Origin: Eledone cirrhosa
Taxonomy: Eukaryota
DNA: 64,000 nucleotides
NCBI GenBank assembly: GCA_964016885.1
Contig: OZ024741.1
Span: forward strand, 281,542,001 to 281,606,000
Direction of reading: 5' to 3'
Shown: one piece after another, positions 63,876-64,000 of the stretch
Position numbering within the stretch: position 1 is the stretch's first letter
Layout: each line of letters opens with the position of its first letter
Translations under genes and position numbers: made by a program
Notes under the pieces: generated by a model
What the model saw: the letters and a program-made list of their open reading frames with translations, nothing else
What the model was told of the DNA's origin: nothing
Databases searched by the model: none

Positions 63876-64000
63876 TTGAGTATGTGTTGGTTAATTACTG
63901 ACACTTCAATATGCAGGGTAGAGCACCCAACGAAGTGTGCAGGGGGGGGGGGCTGTTTACTTCAGAGTAATTAAAAAACAAGACGTGTAATTCAACAGGT

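Overview
Eukaryotic, AT-rich, repeat-dominated genomic DNA. The repeat content suggests an invertebrate, probably an octopus-like cephalopod (inference only). I see no intact recognisable protein-coding gene. The window holds a near full-length but disrupted Tx1/L1-like non-LTR retrotransposon plus a truncated sister copy, four large RTE-clade LINE copies, R4/Dong-type RLE fragments, a Penelope-like fragment, Tc1/mariner relics (DD37D maT-like and DD34D), several MITE families, many tRNA-derived SINEs and large mini/microsatellites. Top observations: (1) a chain of retroelements each bounded by (AAT)n, in which the Tx1 LINE and the commonest SINE share their last ~30 nt, suggesting an (ATT)n-targeting Tx1 LINE/SINE partnership; (2) small phase-compatible minus-strand exons of a probable long-intron host transcript, with a candidate recursive splice site (YAG|GTAAGT) and poison RS-exon inside the longest intron; (3) an RTE inserted antisense into an older copy of its own family; (4) an RTE 3'UTR module expanding into a 112-bp tandem array; (5) several fold-back structures. 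Coordinates of degraded repeats are approximate.
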